Part shown: positions 17,491 to 20,000 of the stretch, in pieces
Numbering within the stretch: the first letter of the stretch is position 1
Layout: every line of letters begins with the position of its first letter
NCBI GenBank assembly: GCA_030167865.1
Contig: JALAGF010005392.1
Span: forward strand, 51,051-71,050
Source of the DNA: Craspedostauros australis
Taxonomy: Eukaryota
Length of the DNA stretch: 20,000 nucleotides
Reading direction: 5' to 3'
The notes under the pieces: model-generated
Told to the model about the DNA's origin: nothing
The model's database searches: none
The model's input: only the letters and a program-made list of their open reading frames with translations
Program-made: the position numbers and the translations under genes

Positions 17491-19870
17491 TCAAGGAGTG
17501 GTTGGGCTCTACCTCTGCATGTTTGGCCCGTAACTCCTCGATGATGCGGTTTTTCTCGATGAGTTCTTGTCGTTGTTCCTCCAGTTTTTGTCTGTTGGTC
17601 TCCGCTTGCTGCGCTTCTCGTGCTTGTCTCATGACTGTTGCTAGCTCGTCCTTCCTCATTTCCTCACTTTCATCGGTGGACTCTGGTATGCTGTAGATGG
17701 TGGACGCGCGGGATTTTCCGCATTCGGATCTGAACGTTTGGAATGACTCGTCTTCCAGTCTTGGTTTTTTCGCCACGGGGGATCCTGGGAGGGAATCGTC
17801 TTCTATTTCTTCCATCCCTTCGATCTCCACTGGTCCCATCTCCTCATCCATTATGAAGTCCAGCTCTCCTTCGAACTCCACGTCCTCGTACCCTTTGCCC
17901 GTTGCGTCTCTGGCGTATCCAGCACTCATCTCCAGAATGTTGTCGTCGAACCAATCGTCGGTGGATGAATTGATTTCCGTTCTGCACCGGATGGCGATGG
18001 AATTGAGGATGTTCTTTGCCTGGTCGTAGCGGTCGTCGAACGCTACTATGCTGAGCGCGTCTTCGTCTCCGTCCACCATATGGGTGGTGCTGACGTCGTG
18101 GATGAATGGATTCCCTTCCGGTGTGCGCTGATTGCTCAGGAATTCGCGAAGGGTGGTGGTTTTCGTGTCCCCGTCGGGGGTGTCGAGAGCGACGTCACCG
18201 TCGAGCCGAAAGCGCTTGAGCTGCCGAACGTAGCGTTGGTGCTTGCGAGTCATCTTTCTGAGCTTTGCGGCTGTGTCGGCGCCGATGGTGGCAGTGCCCG
18301 GATTTGGGACAAACCTATAGTTCAGCCCTCCTCGGTCCGCGCCCTTCATGTTGAACACTTTGCCCAGCGCCTTTGCCACTTTCCGTGCATGAGTGGTGTT
18401 TGCGTGAAGGTGTAGGGCGACCCACGGCGTGTTGATCCACGTGCCTCCTTTCTTTTTGTGCTCATCTCTTGTTTCGTCCGACACCTGCCCCAGGAATTTG
18501 GTCCTGCCTCCTACTTTCAGTTTGGGCTGAATCTTTTCCAGCAGGCCGTTGATAACTCCGATTGTCTGTTTTGCGTTGGTGAAGTTTCCTGAGTAGGCTA
18601 GGAATCCGACATCCGTGATGTTCTCCGCGTCCTTTAGGTCTCTGATGTACGCGTACTCTCCCGTGGCATATCCTCCTTCCATTTCTGCTCGGCGACTTGT
18701 CAGTGCGTTGAGGTTCTGGCTACCACCCAGCTTTAGCTGCATGTATACGTCCGTCTCCTTGGCTGTAGGTTTGGCCCTGCACACGAACTTCTTGAGCTCG
18801 TCCCAGTTCGTTGGGATTGGCTCGCTCTCGGAAATGGTGCCTGCCGACTTGTGCCGCTTGTACCAGGGGTATATGACGAGCTTGGGCTCTATCGTTAGCG
18901 CGTGGTCAAACCACAATTCGAATCTGGATTGGAAGTCTCGGATTGGCGTCGATGAATTTTTTGGGATGGCCAGTCGGAGGTCGAAGCGTTCGTTGAATTT
19001 TCGTTTGGGGGTTGCCATCATTTGGGTTGAGGATGCCTGTACTCTGATCCATGGTGCGTCGTCGCCTGGTTTCTGGGCTTCCGGAGTTTCCTCAACGGAT
19101 CCATCTGGTGCCACTACTCTGACTTTGGTTTTTGGAGGCTTTTTGACCACGTGTTGTGTTAACGATGTCTGTCGGGTGCGTTTGACGAGGATTGATTCCA
19201 ACTGGATTCCATCCATGTCATCGTCGCTGTCAGAGGATGCGTCTGCTGCCATGATTACATCGGAGTATTGGCATCCCATGTACCGTACGGCTGCTGCCCA
19301 TGCCAACGTCATTTGGTTCCTTGCCATGGATTTGTTGTCCACGTGCATTTCCATCTTAAAGCACTCAGCTGGGTCCGTCTTGGATAGGTCTGCCACCAGT
19401 TGCTTGATTTTCACACGTTGGGGAGCATCTTGTGCCACTCGGTGGGTTCCGAATTTGTTGGTTCGCCCGTCCATCACCTTCTGGAAAAACTCCGAGAGCT
19501 CCTGTGTGCTGGGCATGTGGGACGATGCTGTAGATGTGTCCTTGCCTTCCCACTCCGCTTTCTGGATGTACATTCGTTTGGCTCTGTCATGGAGTGAGGA
19601 TGGTCCTTCGTCATAGACGTCTGTAGCCCTGATGGCTTTGGCGTTTTCCGCCACCTGCTTTGGAAGTTTTTTCCATCGTGTTGTTTCCGGTTCGTACCAC
19701 TGGATGGCGATTCTGTTCTGTTTCTCCATCATTTCGGCTGCCACAACCTTCGGATCTGGCTCCGGAGGTGGCTTGGGTCCTCCTGTTTCTCCTGATGGTG
19801 TGCCTTGGTTCATTGGGCGCTCCGTATCGTTGGAAGTTTGCTTCAAACTTGTGCCGTTTGTTGACGTCAT
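17450..19870 (-). CDS. Retrotransposon ORF1 (806 aa; putative RNA-binding/chaperone protein with acidic tract and C-terminal coiled coil)
   Basis: Long ATG ORF (ACCATG context) directly upstream of ORF2 on the same strand. Disordered N-terminus, globular-looking middle, D/E-rich segment and heptad-like MRQAREAQQAETNRQKLEEQRQELIEKNRIIEELRAK. Role assigned by position. Confidence 0.85.
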   Translation of the reverse strand: MTSTNGTSLKQTSNDTERPMNQGTPSGETGGPKPPPEPDPKVVAAEMMEKQNRIAIQWYEPETTRWKKLPKQVAENAKAIRATDVYDEGPSSLHDRAKRMYIQKAEWEGKDTSTASSHMPSTQELSEFFQKVMDGRTNKFGTHRVAQDAPQRVKIKQLVADLSKTDPAECFKMEMHVDNKSMARNQMTLAWAAAVRYMGCQYSDVIMAADASSDSDDDMDGIQLESILVKRTRQTSLTQHVVKKPPKTKVRVVAPDGSVEETPEAQKPGDDAPWIRVQASSTQMMATPKRKFNERFDLRLAIPKNSSTPIRDFQSRFELWFDHALTIEPKLVIYPWYKRHKSAGTISESEPIPTNWDELKKFVCRAKPTAKETDVYMQLKLGGSQNLNALTSRRAEMEGGYATGEYAYIRDLKDAENITDVGFLAYSGNFTNAKQTIGVINGLLEKIQPKLKVGGRTKFLGQVSDETRDEHKKKGGTWINTPWVALHLHANTTHARKVAKALGKVFNMKGADRGGLNYRFVPNPGTATIGADTAAKLRKMTRKHQRYVRQLKRFRLDGDVALDTPDGDTKTTTLREFLSNQRTPEGNPFIHDVSTTHMVDGDEDALSIVAFDDRYDQAKNILNSIAIRCRTEINSSTDDWFDDNILEMSAGYARDATGKGYEDVEFEGELDFIMDEEMGPVEIEGMEEIEDDSLPGSPVAKKPRLEDESFQTFRSECGKSRASTIYSIPESTDESEEMRKDELATVMRQAREAQQAETNRQKLEEQRQELIEKNRIIEELRAKHAEVEPNHSLTPGSSTAGGQSTD

Positions 19871-20000
19871 GGTCGATCTTTCGCGGCTGTTGCCTACTTG
19901 CGGATTCCGTAGAAGTTGTACTGGTGTCAGAATTTTTGTTTGGATTTTTTGCTTTACTAGTGTTATCGTTTGTTTGTGTTTTGGGTGTTCTCGTCATTAT

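Larger units (their letters stand above)
11647..20000 (-). mobile_element. Non-LTR retrotransposon (LINE), Ambal-like, apparently intact; 5' end lies at or beyond the right window edge
   Basis: Two long tandem ORFs with no internal stops; ORF2 order is APE-RT-RNase H-CCHC. A ~145-nt 3' UTR ends in (TTAT)4. No integrase, protease or LTR. The Ambal assignment is from recalled architecture (long ORF1, FVDD RT, RNase H; described from diatoms) and needs a phylogeny. Confidence 0.92.

Noticed and set aside
11733..19616. Long + strand ORFs (190, 251, 349, 333 aa etc.) and alternate-frame - strand ORFs inside the retrotransposon
   Set aside because: Shadow frames of ORF1/ORF2 with Ser/Arg/Cys-rich composition and no motifs.
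1..20000. CRISPR array, tRNA/rRNA genes, LTRs, retron/DGR/group II intron interpretation of the RT
   Set aside because: No regularly spaced repeats, RNA-gene signatures or long direct repeats seen; the APE-RT-RNase H-CCHC order in a spliced-gene context identifies a eukaryotic LINE.

Overview
Eukaryotic genomic DNA, most consistent with a diatom or other stramenopile (GT-AG introns, an HA-domain protein, an Ambal-like LINE); the taxon is inferred. The left half (1-11 kb) is gene-dense, with three head-to-head pairs: (1) condensin II kleisin (NCAPH2) first exon (-) with a single-exon fumarylacetoacetase-like/GST-zeta (maleylacetoacetate isomerase) fusion (+); (2) a 3-exon mitochondrial 2-oxoglutarate/malate carrier (-) with a 2-exon acidic coiled-coil protein (+); (3) a helicase-associated (HA) repeat protein with a signal/transit-like leader (-) with an orphan 217-aa ORF (+). 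After a 98-N assembly gap, the right half (11647-20000) is an apparently intact minus-strand non-LTR retrotransposon: 806-aa ORF1, ORF2 with APE endonuclease, RT, RNase H and CCHC, a structured 3' UTR and a (TTAT)4 tail. Two observations stand out. The FAH half of the fusion has lost key catalytic and metal-binding residues while the GST-zeta half looks intact. The retrotransposon ORF2 has no usable AUG and overlaps the end of ORF1 in the +1 frame across a GC hairpin, implying non-canonical translation.
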